Positions 36,692 through 47,201 are shown, numbered from the stretch's first letter. The stretch is 64,000 nt of DNA from Polyangiales bacterium (GCA_964202905.1 CAXNJO010000001.1:288001-352000), one strand, 5' to 3'. Translations and numbers: made by a program. Notes: a model not told the origin generated them from the sequence alone.

Positions 36692-37162
36692 ATGAGCGAC
36701 ACGCCCCTCCCGCCCTGCGGCCTCTACCGGACGCGCGCGCCGATCGCGTCCATCCCCGCGGGAAGGCTCGTGTATTTCCACAACCACGGGAACCCGGGGC
36801 CCGGCCTCTACCTGCCCGAGACCTGGCGTGGCAACCGGGCGCGCTTCGCCCCGACGGGCACCACGCTCCCGGACGCCGACGCCGCGCGCCTGCTCGCGCC
36901 GCTCCCCGCCGAGGGCTTCTACCGCGTCGCCGCGCCCTTCCACTGCTGCGCGAAGCTGTGCCGTCTTTTCGAGATCGATCTGCTGGTGCAACTCGGTTAC
37001 GACGGCGCGGGCCAGGCGCTGCTCTTCCTGCCCGAGCTCGTCGACGGCCAGCTCGGCGTGCCGGACCGCGGCACGCGCGTCGACGAGGACGTGCTCGCGC
37101 GCCTGCGCCCGCTGAAGGTCGGCGTCGCGCGGGACGCGAACCCCGACGGCGTCGTGCACTGA
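36692..37162 (+). CDS. Conserved hypothetical protein
   Basis: GLYRT..I..IPAGRLVYFHNHG.PGPGLYLP, EGFYRV, HCC..C, LVQLGY; good codon usage. Confidence 0.7.
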   Translation: MSDTPLPPCGLYRTRAPIASIPAGRLVYFHNHGNPGPGLYLPETWRGNRARFAPTGTTLPDADAARLLAPLPAEGFYRVAAPFHCCAKLCRLFEIDLLVQLGYDGAGQALLFLPELVDGQLGVPDRGTRVDEDVLARLRPLKVGVARDANPDGVVH

Positions 37163-37258
37163 GCCCCGCGGCCGTCGCGCGCGCGCACCTCAGGGAGCGC
37201 CCGCGGCCGCGCGCACCCCGTCGTCGCCGCGCGGGCTGCGACCGCACGGGGCCCGCCG

Positions 37259-40150
37259 TCAGAGATCGAGCTCGACCATCAGGAACTTGTTGTTGTCCTT
37301 CGGGCCGGTCACTTCGGTGACGACGCGCGGCGCGACGAGCGAGCGGAAGCCCGGAAGCCGGCTGTGCTCGAGCATGACGAACGCGTGCTTGCCGTCGTTC
37401 GCGGTGATCCACTCGCGCAGCTTCGTGTTGTCGAGGTCGACGAACACCGCGACGTGGTTGCCCGTGTAGAAGTTCTCGCCCTTCCAGTTCATCTGCCAGG
37501 CGACGAGCGGGTCGGCAGCGGACGTGCGGCGCGCGTAGTACTGCGCGATGACGTGGTTCTGCGCCCAGTGCGGCGAGAGGTCGACGAGGTAGACGTCGAG
37601 CGCCCACACCGCGAAGAACACGGCGAGTCCGAGCACCGCGCGCGACGCGATCGGGCGCAGCGCGGCGATCGCGGAGGCCGCGAAGAGCGCCGTGGCGACG
37701 ACCCCGAAGCCGATGAGGATCGGGCGGTAATCGAAGACGTCCGGCCACTCGCGCGTGTAGTTGTAGACGAAGAGATCGATGAGCCGCTCGAAGCCCGCCG
37801 GGCGCGCCGCGGTGACCCAGCCGAGGTCGCGCGCGACGAACGCGCAGAGCAGCGGCGCCGACGCGAGCGCGACGCCGAGCCCCTGGAAACGCCAGCCGCC
37901 CTCGCCCTCGCCGGGCGCCCCCGCGACCCGCGCGGCGCGGCGCACGAGCAGCCACCACGCGGCGACGAGCAGGCCGAGACCGAGCCCGATCAGCGGCGCG
38001 CACACGGCGAGCGGCCACGGGTGCTCGACCACCCAGCGCTGCCGCGCCATCGCGGGCACCGCGTCGAAGTCGATCGCGCCGCGCACGTCGCCGAAGAGCC
38101 CCGCCGTGCCGAGCACCAGCGCCACGGGCCCGAGCGCGGCCGCGAGCGTGCCGAGCACGCGCTCGCGCAGCGGCAGGCGATCCGCGGCGCTGCCGAGCAT
38201 CCGGTCGACCACGAGGCCGACGAGGATCGCGGCCGGCGGGATCACCGGGAAGATGTAGTGGTGGAACTTCGTGACCATCGCGCTGAAGAGCACGAAGCCG
38301 GCGACGAACCACAGCGCGACGAGGGTCGTGATCTCTTCACGGAGCGCACGCGTCGCCTCGACCGCGTCGGCCGCCTCCGGCGCCGCGGCGTCCGCTCCGG
38401 GCGCGAGCTCGGCCCCCTCGGACGCAAGCGTGAGCACAGCGTCACCCGGCACCGCGGCCGCCGGCTGCGCCTGCTCGGCCGCGTCACCGACCGCCTCCGA
38501 GACGCGACGCGCGACGCGCGCGCCCATGTGCAGGAAGGCCGTGAGCGCCGCTGGCGCGAGCGCGACCCACGGGAACATGGCGACGCCGAGCTGCTCGATG
38601 AAGTACGCGATCGTGCCGTTGTCGCCGTGCACGCCCGCCGCGAGGCGGTTGAGGTGGTCGTGCACGAGCAGCCGGTCGGTGAAGGCCGGCCCGTGTCGCA
38701 GGTACATCGAGACGAACCAGGGCAGCCCGATGACCGCGACCGTGAGCACACCGGCCGCGACCTTCAGCTGCCCGTCGAGCAGGAGCGACCAGCGGCGCGA
38801 CGCGACGAGCCAGAACAGCGCGACGAGCCCCGGCAGCGCGAAGCCCGGGATGCCCTTCGCCATGAACGCGAGGGCGCAGAACACGTAGAACGCGAGCATC
38901 GCGAGCCCACGCGCCGTCTTCTCACGGCGGATGACCCACAGCAGCGCGGCGAGGCCGAGCCCCCAGTAGAGCGCCTGCGCGAAAGGCTGCGCGAGCACGT
39001 GATCGGCGAACGGCAGCTCGTCGCGGAGCGGCTTGTTGCCGGGCACGCCGCCGTTGCCCGCGGAGCCGAACACGAAGCGGTCGACGTGCCACGCGAACTG
39101 GAGCGGGCCGACCATCGTGACGTTGCGCGACGCGAGGTAGAGCGCCTGCGGCAGGCCGAGCAGCGTGACGAGGGCGACGAGCAGCCCCTGCACCGAAAGC
39201 GTCACGGGCCCGAGGCGCCACGCGCGCACCGGACGGCCGGGCTCCTCGGCGATCGCGAGGATGAGGAAGGACATCGCCGTCGCCATCATCCCGACGAAGT
39301 ACGGGTCGGTGATGGCCTGGTGCGAGAGCAGGAAGAAGTGCGGCATCGTCGCGAGCACGAGCGCCGAGACGAGGCCGGTGCGCTTCCCGTAGACCCGCGC
39401 GACGGCGGCGTACACCGCGAGCAGGGCGACCATGCACACGAGGTAGACCGGCAGACGGAGCGCCCACTCGGGGTGCGGGTTGAACGCGTCGGGCCGGAAG
39501 TCGTGGCCGAAGATGCCCATGCTGAGCGCGTTGGCCCAGAAGATCAGGATCGGCTTCGACCAGAACCAGTCCTCCTGCGCCCACCAGAGGCTGATCCAAT
39601 CGTCGCGCGAGAGGATCTCGCGGCCGACCTCGCCGTAGTGCGTCTCCCACGGATCCCAGAGCCCGTAGACGCCGAGCGCGGGCAGCATGATCCCCGAGCC
39701 GACGACGAAGACGAGCCACGACGGACGGCGCAGCGCCGAGAGCGCGAGCACGAGCAGCGCCGCGACGATCACGAAGGGCAGCCGCGCCCAGCCGAGCGAC
39801 GGACCGAGCCCGAAGACGAGCGCGAGCGCGACCGGCAGCGTCACGCGCGGGGCCATCCACGCGGGCTCACCCTCCACGCGGCCGAGCGCCGTCCCGGCGA
39901 CGGGCACGGGCTCGCCCTCCACCGATCCGGGCGCGAGCAGACCGAGCAGGTCGAGCAGGCCGCCGACGGCGACGAGCAGCGCGAGCAGGCCCCAGAGCGG
40001 GCCACGCGGGAGCTGCCCCTCGTTCGCCATCATCACGAAGGTGGCGAGGGTGCCCGCGCCGAAGAGCGCGCCGCCGCGGAGTCGCCGGGCACGCACGCTG
40101 CGGTCGCTGGCGGGCTTCTTCTGGGCTCGTGATTCGTTCGACTCGGCCAT
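37259..40150 (-). CDS. ArnT/PMT-like (GT39/GT83) membrane glycosyltransferase
   Basis: GLWDPWETHYGEVGREIL..DW, SKPILIFW, EWALRLP, MAKG, KFHHYIFP; many TM helices. Confidence 0.88.
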   Translation of the reverse strand: MAESNESRAQKKPASDRSVRARRLRGGALFGAGTLATFVMMANEGQLPRGPLWGLLALLVAVGGLLDLLGLLAPGSVEGEPVPVAGTALGRVEGEPAWMAPRVTLPVALALVFGLGPSLGWARLPFVIVAALLVLALSALRRPSWLVFVVGSGIMLPALGVYGLWDPWETHYGEVGREILSRDDWISLWWAQEDWFWSKPILIFWANALSMGIFGHDFRPDAFNPHPEWALRLPVYLVCMVALLAVYAAVARVYGKRTGLVSALVLATMPHFFLLSHQAITDPYFVGMMATAMSFLILAIAEEPGRPVRAWRLGPVTLSVQGLLVALVTLLGLPQALYLASRNVTMVGPLQFAWHVDRFVFGSAGNGGVPGNKPLRDELPFADHVLAQPFAQALYWGLGLAALLWVIRREKTARGLAMLAFYVFCALAFMAKGIPGFALPGLVALFWLVASRRWSLLLDGQLKVAAGVLTVAVIGLPWFVSMYLRHGPAFTDRLLVHDHLNRLAAGVHGDNGTIAYFIEQLGVAMFPWVALAPAALTAFLHMGARVARRVSEAVGDAAEQAQPAAAVPGDAVLTLASEGAELAPGADAAAPEAADAVEATRALREEITTLVALWFVAGFVLFSAMVTKFHHYIFPVIPPAAILVGLVVDRMLGSAADRLPLRERVLGTLAAALGPVALVLGTAGLFGDVRGAIDFDAVPAMARQRWVVEHPWPLAVCAPLIGLGLGLLVAAWWLLVRRAARVAGAPGEGEGGWRFQGLGVALASAPLLCAFVARDLGWVTAARPAGFERLIDLFVYNYTREWPDVFDYRPILIGFGVVATALFAASAIAALRPIASRAVLGLAVFFAVWALDVYLVDLSPHWAQNHVIAQYYARRTSAADPLVAWQMNWKGENFYTGNHVAVFVDLDNTKLREWITANDGKHAFVMLEHSRLPGFRSLVAPRVVTEVTGPKDNNKFLMVELDL

Positions 40151-40369
40151 GCTCGCGGCGCTCCCGGGGAGGTCGGAAAAAAATGCGACGCGCACTCTAC
40201 TTCGCCCCCCGCGGGAGGGCGAGGACGCGCCAGGGCGCGGCGCGCGCGACGACAACCGTTTGAGATCAAAGCAATTTCCGGAGAGGCATTGATCGCCCTG
40301 CGAATTTCCTGCTAGTCAGGACCGGTGCGCGTGCCTGTCGGAGGCCGCGGCGAAGTGAAGGAGAGCCCG

Positions 40370-41380
40370 ATGAAGTACCCCCTCCCCCCATGCGATCGCG
40401 CGCCGCGCACCGCCCCACCCCACGCCGTCTTGCACCGCACCGGCCGCGCGCGCGCCGCGGCGTGCGCGCTCGCCGTCGTCGCCGCGCTCGGCGGCCTCTC
40501 CGTCGCCGCGTCCGCGCACGCCGACGCGCCGCCACACCACCGCGACCGCGGCGCCGCAACCGCAACCACACGCGCCACGCACGGCGCGAATCCCGACAGC
40601 GCGCGTCACGGCAGCGCGCCCGTCGCGATGGCGATGGCCGCCGCGGCGACGTCGAATGTCGCGCGCCCCGCGGCCCCTGCGGGCACGCCGGTCCCGCTCG
40701 TGCTGCGCCGCGCGCACGGCGGAGAGCGCTTCACCCTCACGCCGGCGACCGCGTCGGGCGGCTTCGACGCCGCGGATCTCGAGACGGCGCGGCGCGCGTT
40801 CGCGTGGCGCGAGGACGCGTTCCACAGCGAGCACCCGGTCTCGACGCGGCTCCTCGACCTCGTCTACCGCACGATGCGCCACTTCGACGCCGTCGAGGTC
40901 GAGCTCCTGAGCGGCTTCCGCGACGGGCGCGCGACGAGCCGCCACTCGCACGGCCGCGCGATCGACTTCATCGTGCCGGGCGTGACGCAGGCGGCGCTCG
41001 CCGAACACCTGCGCACCCTCGGCTTCGTCGGCGTCGGCGTCTACCCGCGGACGGGCTTCGTGCACCTCGACGTGCGAAGCGAGAGCTACTTCTGGGTCGA
41101 CTACGCGCGCTCGGGGCGACGCGGCCGCGTCCGCCCGATCCTCGGCAACCTCGCCGCCCGCGCCGACGTCGACGCGCGCGCCCGCGGCGAGTCGCCAGAC
41201 GCCACGGTGCTCGCCGCCGAGCGGGACGAGAAGGAGGCCTTCGCGAGCGGCGACCCTGCGGCGCGGCTCGGGCGCACGCGCGCGGCCCGCGTGATCGCGC
41301 GGCGGCAGCGGCTCATCGCCGAGCGGCAGCGCCTGCGGCGGCGCGCGCTCCGCGCGGCACGGGACGCCAACGACGGCTGA
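40370..41380 (+). CDS. YcbK/DUF882 (peptidase M15) family protein
   Basis: RLLDLV, LSGFR, SRHSHGRAID, GVGVYP..GFVHLDVR; AAGGAG RBS. Confidence 0.88.
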   Translation: MKYPLPPCDRAPRTAPPHAVLHRTGRARAAACALAVVAALGGLSVAASAHADAPPHHRDRGAATATTRATHGANPDSARHGSAPVAMAMAAAATSNVARPAAPAGTPVPLVLRRAHGGERFTLTPATASGGFDAADLETARRAFAWREDAFHSEHPVSTRLLDLVYRTMRHFDAVEVELLSGFRDGRATSRHSHGRAIDFIVPGVTQAALAEHLRTLGFVGVGVYPRTGFVHLDVRSESYFWVDYARSGRRGRVRPILGNLAARADVDARARGESPDATVLAAERDEKEAFASGDPAARLGRTRAARVIARRQRLIAERQRLRRRALRAARDANDG

Positions 41381-41449
41381 GCCGAGGCCCGCCGGGGGCG
41401 CATGCCGGGCGCGACCGGGCGTGCCGGAACCTGCTAGAAAGGCGCCCTC

Positions 41450-42454
41450 ATGAAGCTCGCCACGCTCCGCAGCAGCCACCGCGACGGCACCCTCCTCGTC
41501 GTGCGCCGGGACGGCGCCGTGTACGCCGAGGCCCGCGGGATCGCGCCCTCCCTGCAGGCCGCCCTCGACGACTGGGACAACGCCGCGCCGCGCCTCCGCG
41601 CCCTCGCCGCGGACGTCGAGGCCGGCCGCGTGGCGACGATCCCGCTCGATCCGCGCGCGCTCGCCGCGCCGCTGCCGCGCGCCTACGAGTGGGTCGACGG
41701 CAGCGCGTACGTCAACCACATCGTGCTCGTCCGCAAGGCGCGGAACGCCGAGCCGCCCGAGACGCTCTACACCGATCCGCTCGTGTACCAGGGCGGCGCG
41801 AGCACGCTGCTCGGCCCGCGCGACCCGATCGCGCTCGCCGACGTCGCGTGGGGCTGCGACCTCGAGGCCGAGGTCTGCGTGGTGCTCGGCGACGTGCCGC
41901 AGGGCGCGACCGCGGCCGAGGCCGAGGGCCACGTGCGGCTCGTCGGGCTCGTCAACGACGTCACGCTCCGCAACCTGATCCCGCCGGAGCTCGCAAAGGG
42001 CTTCGGCTTCTTCCAGTCGAAGCCAGCCACGGGCTTCTCGCCCTTCTTCGTCACGCCCGATGAGCTCGGCGACGCGTGGCGCGGCGGCCGCCTCGCGCTC
42101 CCGCTGCGCTCCTACCGCAACGGCGCGCTGATCGGCGACCCGGACGCGGGCCCGGAGATGCACTTCTCCTTCCACGAGCTGCTCGCGCACATCGCGAAGA
42201 CGCGCGCCTATACCGCGGGCACGATCCTCGGCTCGGGCACCGTGTCGAACGCCGACCGCGCGCGCGGTTACTCCTGCATCGCCGAGAAGCGCGCCCTCGA
42301 GACGATCGACGGCGGCAAGCCGCTCACGCCCTTCCTCGCGCCGGGCGAGACGGTCGCGATCGAGATGCTCGCGCCCGACGGGACCTCCCTCTTCGGCCGC
42401 ATCGAACAGCACGTCGTCGACGCGCGGCAGCCGGCCCCGGGCGCGCGGCCGTGA
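41450..42454 (+). CDS. Fumarylacetoacetate hydrolase family protein
   Basis: PLPRAYEWVDGSAYVNH, DLEAEV, NDVTLRNL..ELAKGFGFFQSKP, GSGTVSN. Confidence 0.93.
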   Translation: MKLATLRSSHRDGTLLVVRRDGAVYAEARGIAPSLQAALDDWDNAAPRLRALAADVEAGRVATIPLDPRALAAPLPRAYEWVDGSAYVNHIVLVRKARNAEPPETLYTDPLVYQGGASTLLGPRDPIALADVAWGCDLEAEVCVVLGDVPQGATAAEAEGHVRLVGLVNDVTLRNLIPPELAKGFGFFQSKPATGFSPFFVTPDELGDAWRGGRLALPLRSYRNGALIGDPDAGPEMHFSFHELLAHIAKTRAYTAGTILGSGTVSNADRARGYSCIAEKRALETIDGGKPLTPFLAPGETVAIEMLAPDGTSLFGRIEQHVVDARQPAPGARP

Positions 42455-43044
42455 ACACGCCGCGGCGCGCGGCCCTGCTCGTGCTCTTCGCGGCGGGCGG
42501 CGGCTGCGGCGCGGGCGAGGCGCCGCTCGCGTATGGCGCGCACGTCGACGCCACGCAGTTCCGCACCGACGCGCCGTGGACGCCCTTCGCGGTGCCGCAC
42601 CTCGAGGGCGTCTCCGTCGCGCTCCCCGCGCGTCCGGAGCAGTCGGGCGGCTTCGGCAACGACTACTACGTCGCCAAGGATCCGAGCGGTTGCCGCCGCG
42701 CGACAGTGAGCGTCATCGACCCGCACGATCGGCGCCGCGACGAGGCCCGCCTCGCGCAGCGCTGCGCCGAGGACGCCGAGCAGACGGAGTGGCGCACGGT
42801 CGACGCGCGCCGCGTCTGCGTCGTCGCGCACCCGGTGTCGGCCATCGACCGCGCCGCGGCCGCGCGCGGCGAGCCCGCCTGCCGGCTGCACACGCTCTTC
42901 GCGATGGCGGAGGGCCTCGTGGTGTCCGTCGCCTACAGCGCGCCCCTCGACGCCCCGGACGGCGAGCGCGCCGTACGCGAGCGCCTGTTCGGCTCGTTCC
43001 GCCTCGCGGACCCGAGCGCCATGCCCCCTCCCCCCGCCGAGTGA
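42451..43044 (+). CDS. Hypothetical lipoprotein
   Basis: GTGA overlap; LLVLFAAGGGC; ends RLFGSFRL. Confidence 0.55.
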   Translation: MNTPRRAALLVLFAAGGGCGAGEAPLAYGAHVDATQFRTDAPWTPFAVPHLEGVSVALPARPEQSGGFGNDYYVAKDPSGCRRATVSVIDPHDRRRDEARLAQRCAEDAEQTEWRTVDARRVCVVAHPVSAIDRAAAARGEPACRLHTLFAMAEGLVVSVAYSAPLDAPDGERAVRERLFGSFRLADPSAMPPPPAE

Positions 43045-43048
43045 ACCC

Positions 43049-43705
43049 ATGACGACGACCTACCGCCTCCACAACTACTGGCGCTCGAGCGCGAGCTGGC
43101 GCGTGCGCATCGCCCTGGCGCTCAAGGGCCTCGCGTACGAGTACGTCGTCGTGAACATCCTCAAGGATGGTGGCGAACAGAACAGCGCGGCGTTCCGCGC
43201 CCTCAACCCGCAGACGCAGGTGCCCCTGCTCGAGGTGATCGACGACGGCCGCGCGCGCTTCCTCGCGCAGTCGCTCCCGATCATCGAGTTCCTCGACGAG
43301 ACGCGCCCCGAGACGGTCCGCATGCTCCCCGCCGATCCGTACGCGCGCGCCCGCGTCCGCCAGCTCGCCGAGGCGGTGAACGCCGGCATCCAGCCGCTGC
43401 AGAACCTCCCGATCCTCGCGGAGGTCGAGCGCCTCGGCGGCGACAAGATCGCCTGGGCCCGCCATTGGAACGAGCGCGGGCTCGGCGCGCTCGAGGCGCT
43501 CGCGGCGGAGTCGGCCGGGCGCTTCCTCGTCGGCGACGCGCCCTCGCTCGCCGACGCGTGCCTGCTCCCGCAGCTCTACTCAGCGCGGCGCTTCCAGCTC
43601 GACACGCGCGCGTTCCCGACGCTCGAGCGCGTCGAGGCCGCGTGCTTCGCGCTGCCGGGCGTCGAGGGCACGCGCCCCGAGCGCCAGCCCGACGCCGTCG
43701 CCTGA
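43049..43705 (+). CDS. maiA: Maleylacetoacetate isomerase
   Basis: YWRSSASWRVRIAL, NPQTQVP, QSLPIIEFL, GIQPLQNL, PERQPDA. Confidence 0.95.
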   Translation: MTTTYRLHNYWRSSASWRVRIALALKGLAYEYVVVNILKDGGEQNSAAFRALNPQTQVPLLEVIDDGRARFLAQSLPIIEFLDETRPETVRMLPADPYARARVRQLAEAVNAGIQPLQNLPILAEVERLGGDKIAWARHWNERGLGALEALAAESAGRFLVGDAPSLADACLLPQLYSARRFQLDTRAFPTLERVEAACFALPGVEGTRPERQPDAVA

Positions 43706-43777
43706 CGCACCGCGGCGGGACGTACCGCACACCACCCCTTGGCGAAGTTGCGACCCGCGCGTACTTTGCCGCGCGCC

Positions 43778-44938
43778 ATGACCCAGCCCCGCCTCGAATC
43801 GCTCGGCATCGTCCGCCTCGAAGCCATCCACTACTACGTGCGCGACCTCGCACGGAGCCGCCGCTTCTACACGGAGAAGCTGGATTTCGCGGAGGTCGGG
43901 CGCTCGGGTGCGGAGCTCGAGGAGCGCGGCCGGCAGCGCTCGGCGGTGTTCGAGGCCGCGAACGCGCGGGTGATCGTGTCCGAGCCGCGCGGCGAGGGCG
44001 GGCGCGCGGCGCGCTGGCTGCGCCGGCACCCGGACGGCGTCGGCTCGCTCGTCTTCGAGGTCGAGGACATCGACAAGACCTTCGCGCTCGTCGAGGCGCG
44101 CCGCGGCACGCCGATCGACGAGGTGCAGACGATCACGGACGCGCGCGGCGGCCGCTTCCGCACCTTCTCGATGACGACGCCGTTCGGCTCGTCGACCTTC
44201 CGCTTCGTGCAGCGCGACGGCCACGCCGGGCTCTATCCCGGCATCGACGCGCTCCCCGGCGCGACGGCCGGCCACAACGCGCTCGGCTTCGAGGGCTTCG
44301 ACCACGTCACCTCGAACTTCGAGACGATGGAGCCCGCGCTGCTCTGGATGGAGCACGTCTGCGGCTTCGAGCGCTACTGGAACATCGAGTTCCACACGAA
44401 CGACGTCCGCATCGACGACAAGAACGGCTCGGGTCTGCGCTCGACGGTGATGTGGGATCCGAAGAGCGAGGTTAAGTTCGCGAACAACGAGCCCTATCGG
44501 CCGTTCTTCCGCGCCTCGCAGATCAACCTCTTCTACGAGGACCAGCGCGGCGACGGCATCCAGCACGCGGCCCTCACCGTGAAGGACATCCTCTCCACCG
44601 TGCGCGCGATGCGCGGGCGCGAGGTGTCGTTCATGCCCACGCCGGGCAGCTACTACGACGTGCTCCCCGCGCGCCTCGAGAAGCTCGGCGTCGGCCGGAT
44701 CGACGAGGACCTCGACGTGCTGCGCGACCTGCAGATCCTCGTCGACGGCTCCGAGTCGCACCAGTACCTGCTGCAGATCTTCCTGCGCGACTCGGCGGGG
44801 CTCTACGGCGACAAGGACGCCGGCCCGTTCTTCTACGAGGTCATCCAGCGCAAGGGCGACAGGGGCTTCGGCGGCGGCAATTTCCGCGCGCTCTTCGAGT
44901 CCATCGAGCGCCAGCACAAGGCCGAAGGGCGGCTCTGA
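43778..44938 (+). CDS. hppD: 4-hydroxyphenylpyruvate dioxygenase
   Basis: HPDGV, FDHVTSN, SGLRS, SQI, GIQHAAL, YLLQIF, FFYEVIQRKG..GFGGGNFRALFESIE. Confidence 0.95.
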   Translation: MTQPRLESLGIVRLEAIHYYVRDLARSRRFYTEKLDFAEVGRSGAELEERGRQRSAVFEAANARVIVSEPRGEGGRAARWLRRHPDGVGSLVFEVEDIDKTFALVEARRGTPIDEVQTITDARGGRFRTFSMTTPFGSSTFRFVQRDGHAGLYPGIDALPGATAGHNALGFEGFDHVTSNFETMEPALLWMEHVCGFERYWNIEFHTNDVRIDDKNGSGLRSTVMWDPKSEVKFANNEPYRPFFRASQINLFYEDQRGDGIQHAALTVKDILSTVRAMRGREVSFMPTPGSYYDVLPARLEKLGVGRIDEDLDVLRDLQILVDGSESHQYLLQIFLRDSAGLYGDKDAGPFFYEVIQRKGDRGFGGGNFRALFESIERQHKAEGRL

Positions 44939-44942
44939 GCGC

Positions 44943-46118
44943 ATGCTCGAGCGGCTGCAGATCGGGCGCGTCCCGCCGAAGCATCACATCGTCTTCCCGC
45001 AGGATCCCGCGGCGGGCGCAGGCGCCATCCACCACGAGGAGTGCCTGACGCGCGACGGCTTCGACGGGCCGTACACGATCCTCTACCACCGGCACCGCCC
45101 GCACGCGCAGCACGCGGCCGAGGTCGCGCACGGCTGGGAACTCCCCGTCGCTGCGCCCGCGGGGCGGCTCGCGAAGCGTCATTACCTCTCGTCGGACGTC
45201 GCGAAGCGCGGCGGCGCGCCCGTCGACGCGCGCGTGCCGCTGCTCTTCAGCCGCGACGTGGTCGCCTCCGTCGCGTTCCCCGACGCGTCCGATCCCGTGT
45301 ACTTCGTCGACGGCGACGCGGACACGCTCGTCTACGTCTTCGAGGGCGGCGGCACGCTGCGCACCGTCCTCGGCGACGTCGCGTTCGAGAAGGACGACTA
45401 CGTCTTCGTCCCGCGCGGGCTCCTGCACCGCTTCGTGCTCGACCCCGCGCGCGGGCCGCAGCACTGGCTGGTGCTCGAGCTGCGCGGAGGGCTCCACATC
45501 CCGCGCCATTTCCTGAATAATCTCGGACAGTTGCGGATGGACGCGCCCTTCACCCACCGCGACTTCCGCCGCCCGGACGCCGTCGCGCCGCACGACGAGG
45601 GGATCCGCGACGTCCTCGTGAAGCGCGGCGATGCGTTCCACGGCTTCCGCTACGACCACGCGCCGCTCGACGTCGTCGGCTGGGACGGCACCGTCTACCC
45701 CTGGGTGTTCCCGATCCTGAACTTCCAGCCGCGCGCGGGGCAGACGCATCTACCGCCCACGCTGCACGGCACCTTCGCGGCGCGCGGGGCGCTCATCTGC
45801 TCCTTCGTCCCGCGCATGGTGGACTTCCACCCGCAGGCGATCCCCTGCCCGTACCCGCACTCCTCCGTCGACGTCGACGAGATCATCTTCTACTGCCGCG
45901 GCAACTTCACCTCGCGGCGCGGCGTCGGGCCGGGCTCGATCTCGTACCACCCGGCGGGCATGCCGCACGGCCCGCACCCCGGCGCGTACGAGGGCTCGGT
46001 CGGCCACACGCGCACGGACGAGCTCGCCGTGATGCTCGACTGCTTCGAGACGCTCGTGCCGACACCCGCGGCCCTCGGCGTCGAGGATCCGGGCTACATG
46101 GAGAGCTTCTTCGGCTGA
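44943..46118 (+). CDS. hmgA: Homogentisate 1,2-dioxygenase
   Basis: PLDVVGWDG, HLPPTLH, CSFVPR, PYPHSSVDVDE, HPAGMPHGPHPG, ELAVMLD. Confidence 0.95.
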   Translation: MLERLQIGRVPPKHHIVFPQDPAAGAGAIHHEECLTRDGFDGPYTILYHRHRPHAQHAAEVAHGWELPVAAPAGRLAKRHYLSSDVAKRGGAPVDARVPLLFSRDVVASVAFPDASDPVYFVDGDADTLVYVFEGGGTLRTVLGDVAFEKDDYVFVPRGLLHRFVLDPARGPQHWLVLELRGGLHIPRHFLNNLGQLRMDAPFTHRDFRRPDAVAPHDEGIRDVLVKRGDAFHGFRYDHAPLDVVGWDGTVYPWVFPILNFQPRAGQTHLPPTLHGTFAARGALICSFVPRMVDFHPQAIPCPYPHSSVDVDEIIFYCRGNFTSRRGVGPGSISYHPAGMPHGPHPGAYEGSVGHTRTDELAVMLDCFETLVPTPAALGVEDPGYMESFFG

Positions 46119-46168
46119 GCGGCCCCGCTGCGCCGCGCGCGACGGCCGCGACGGGCCGCGCAGCGCGC

Positions 46169-47143
46169 TCAGCGCACGGGGAGCGTGACGCCCGCCGTGT
46201 CGAGGTCGACGCGCGCGAGGGTCGGGCGCGTGAGGCTCGTGAGGTAGAGCGTGCGCTCGCCGAACGCCGCGTCGCCCATCACGCCGTTGGCCGGGAGCAT
46301 GAAGAGGCGCGCGCCGTAGAGCACCGCAGGCGCGCCGCCGGGCCTCACGCGCTGCACGCCCGCGGCCGACGTCACGAGCACGAGATCGCCGTCCGCGAGC
46401 GCGACGAGCCCGTCGATGTTCGCGACGCCGCGGAGCGCGGAAGCCGGCGCGCCGTACGTGCCCAGCGCGCGGTCGAAGGGCAGCGCGAAGACCTCCGCGC
46501 CCGCCCACGACGCGACGTAGAGCGTCGCGCCGTCCGGTGAGAACGCGAGCCCGTTGGGGAAGTCGATCGCGTCGGTGACGAGCGCGACGCCGCTGCCGTC
46601 CGCGTCCGCGCGGATCAGCCGATCGGCCTCGCTGTCGGAGAAGACGATCGAGTCGTCCGGCGCGACCGCGACGTAGTTGCAGAGGCCGAGCGGCGCGCCG
46701 CCCGGGCCCGCCGCGACGAGCGTGCGCCTCATCCCCGACATCGGGTCGATCGCGAAGAGCACCGAGGGCGCCCCCATCTCGGGCCCGGTGCTGCCGCAGA
46801 CGAGCACGTCGCCGTTCGCCGCGACCGCGATGCCCACCGGCGCGTCGACCTGCGCGAGGTCCGACACCGTGCCGTCGGGCGCGACGCGCACCACGCGTCC
46901 ATCGCGCACGCCGACGTAGAGCACCGACTCGCCCGCGGGCGTGCGGCCGCGCGCGATGCCCTCCGAGGCGCCACCGAGCTCCGCGAACGGCATCGGCCGC
47001 GGCCCCGCGTCGATGGACGGTGCGGCGTCGCTGATGCCCGCGTCGACCGGGCCCGCGTCCATCGCCGGCGCGTCGTCACCGCACCCTGCGAGCGCGAGGC
47101 AAATCAGGAAAACATGGAGGACCGTGGATGCGCTCTTCGACAC
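46169..47143 (-). CDS. SMP-30/gluconolactonase-like beta-propeller lipoprotein
   Basis: LAGC lipobox; SEGIA, FSDS, FPNGLAFSPDG.TLYV, DGL, LYLTS. Confidence 0.88.
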   Translation of the reverse strand: MSKSASTVLHVFLICLALAGCGDDAPAMDAGPVDAGISDAAPSIDAGPRPMPFAELGGASEGIARGRTPAGESVLYVGVRDGRVVRVAPDGTVSDLAQVDAPVGIAVAANGDVLVCGSTGPEMGAPSVLFAIDPMSGMRRTLVAAGPGGAPLGLCNYVAVAPDDSIVFSDSEADRLIRADADGSGVALVTDAIDFPNGLAFSPDGATLYVASWAGAEVFALPFDRALGTYGAPASALRGVANIDGLVALADGDLVLVTSAAGVQRVRPGGAPAVLYGARLFMLPANGVMGDAAFGERTLYLTSLTRPTLARVDLDTAGVTLPVR

Positions 47144-47201
47144 GCCGCGCAGCGTACACGAGCCGCCCAAGCCGCCCAAGACCCGCCGTATCCTAGGCGC
47201 C

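Noticed and set aside
41450..46118. Secondary-metabolite cluster (HmaS-like dioxygenase)
   Set aside because: Context with hmgA, maiA and FAH indicates ordinary tyrosine catabolism.
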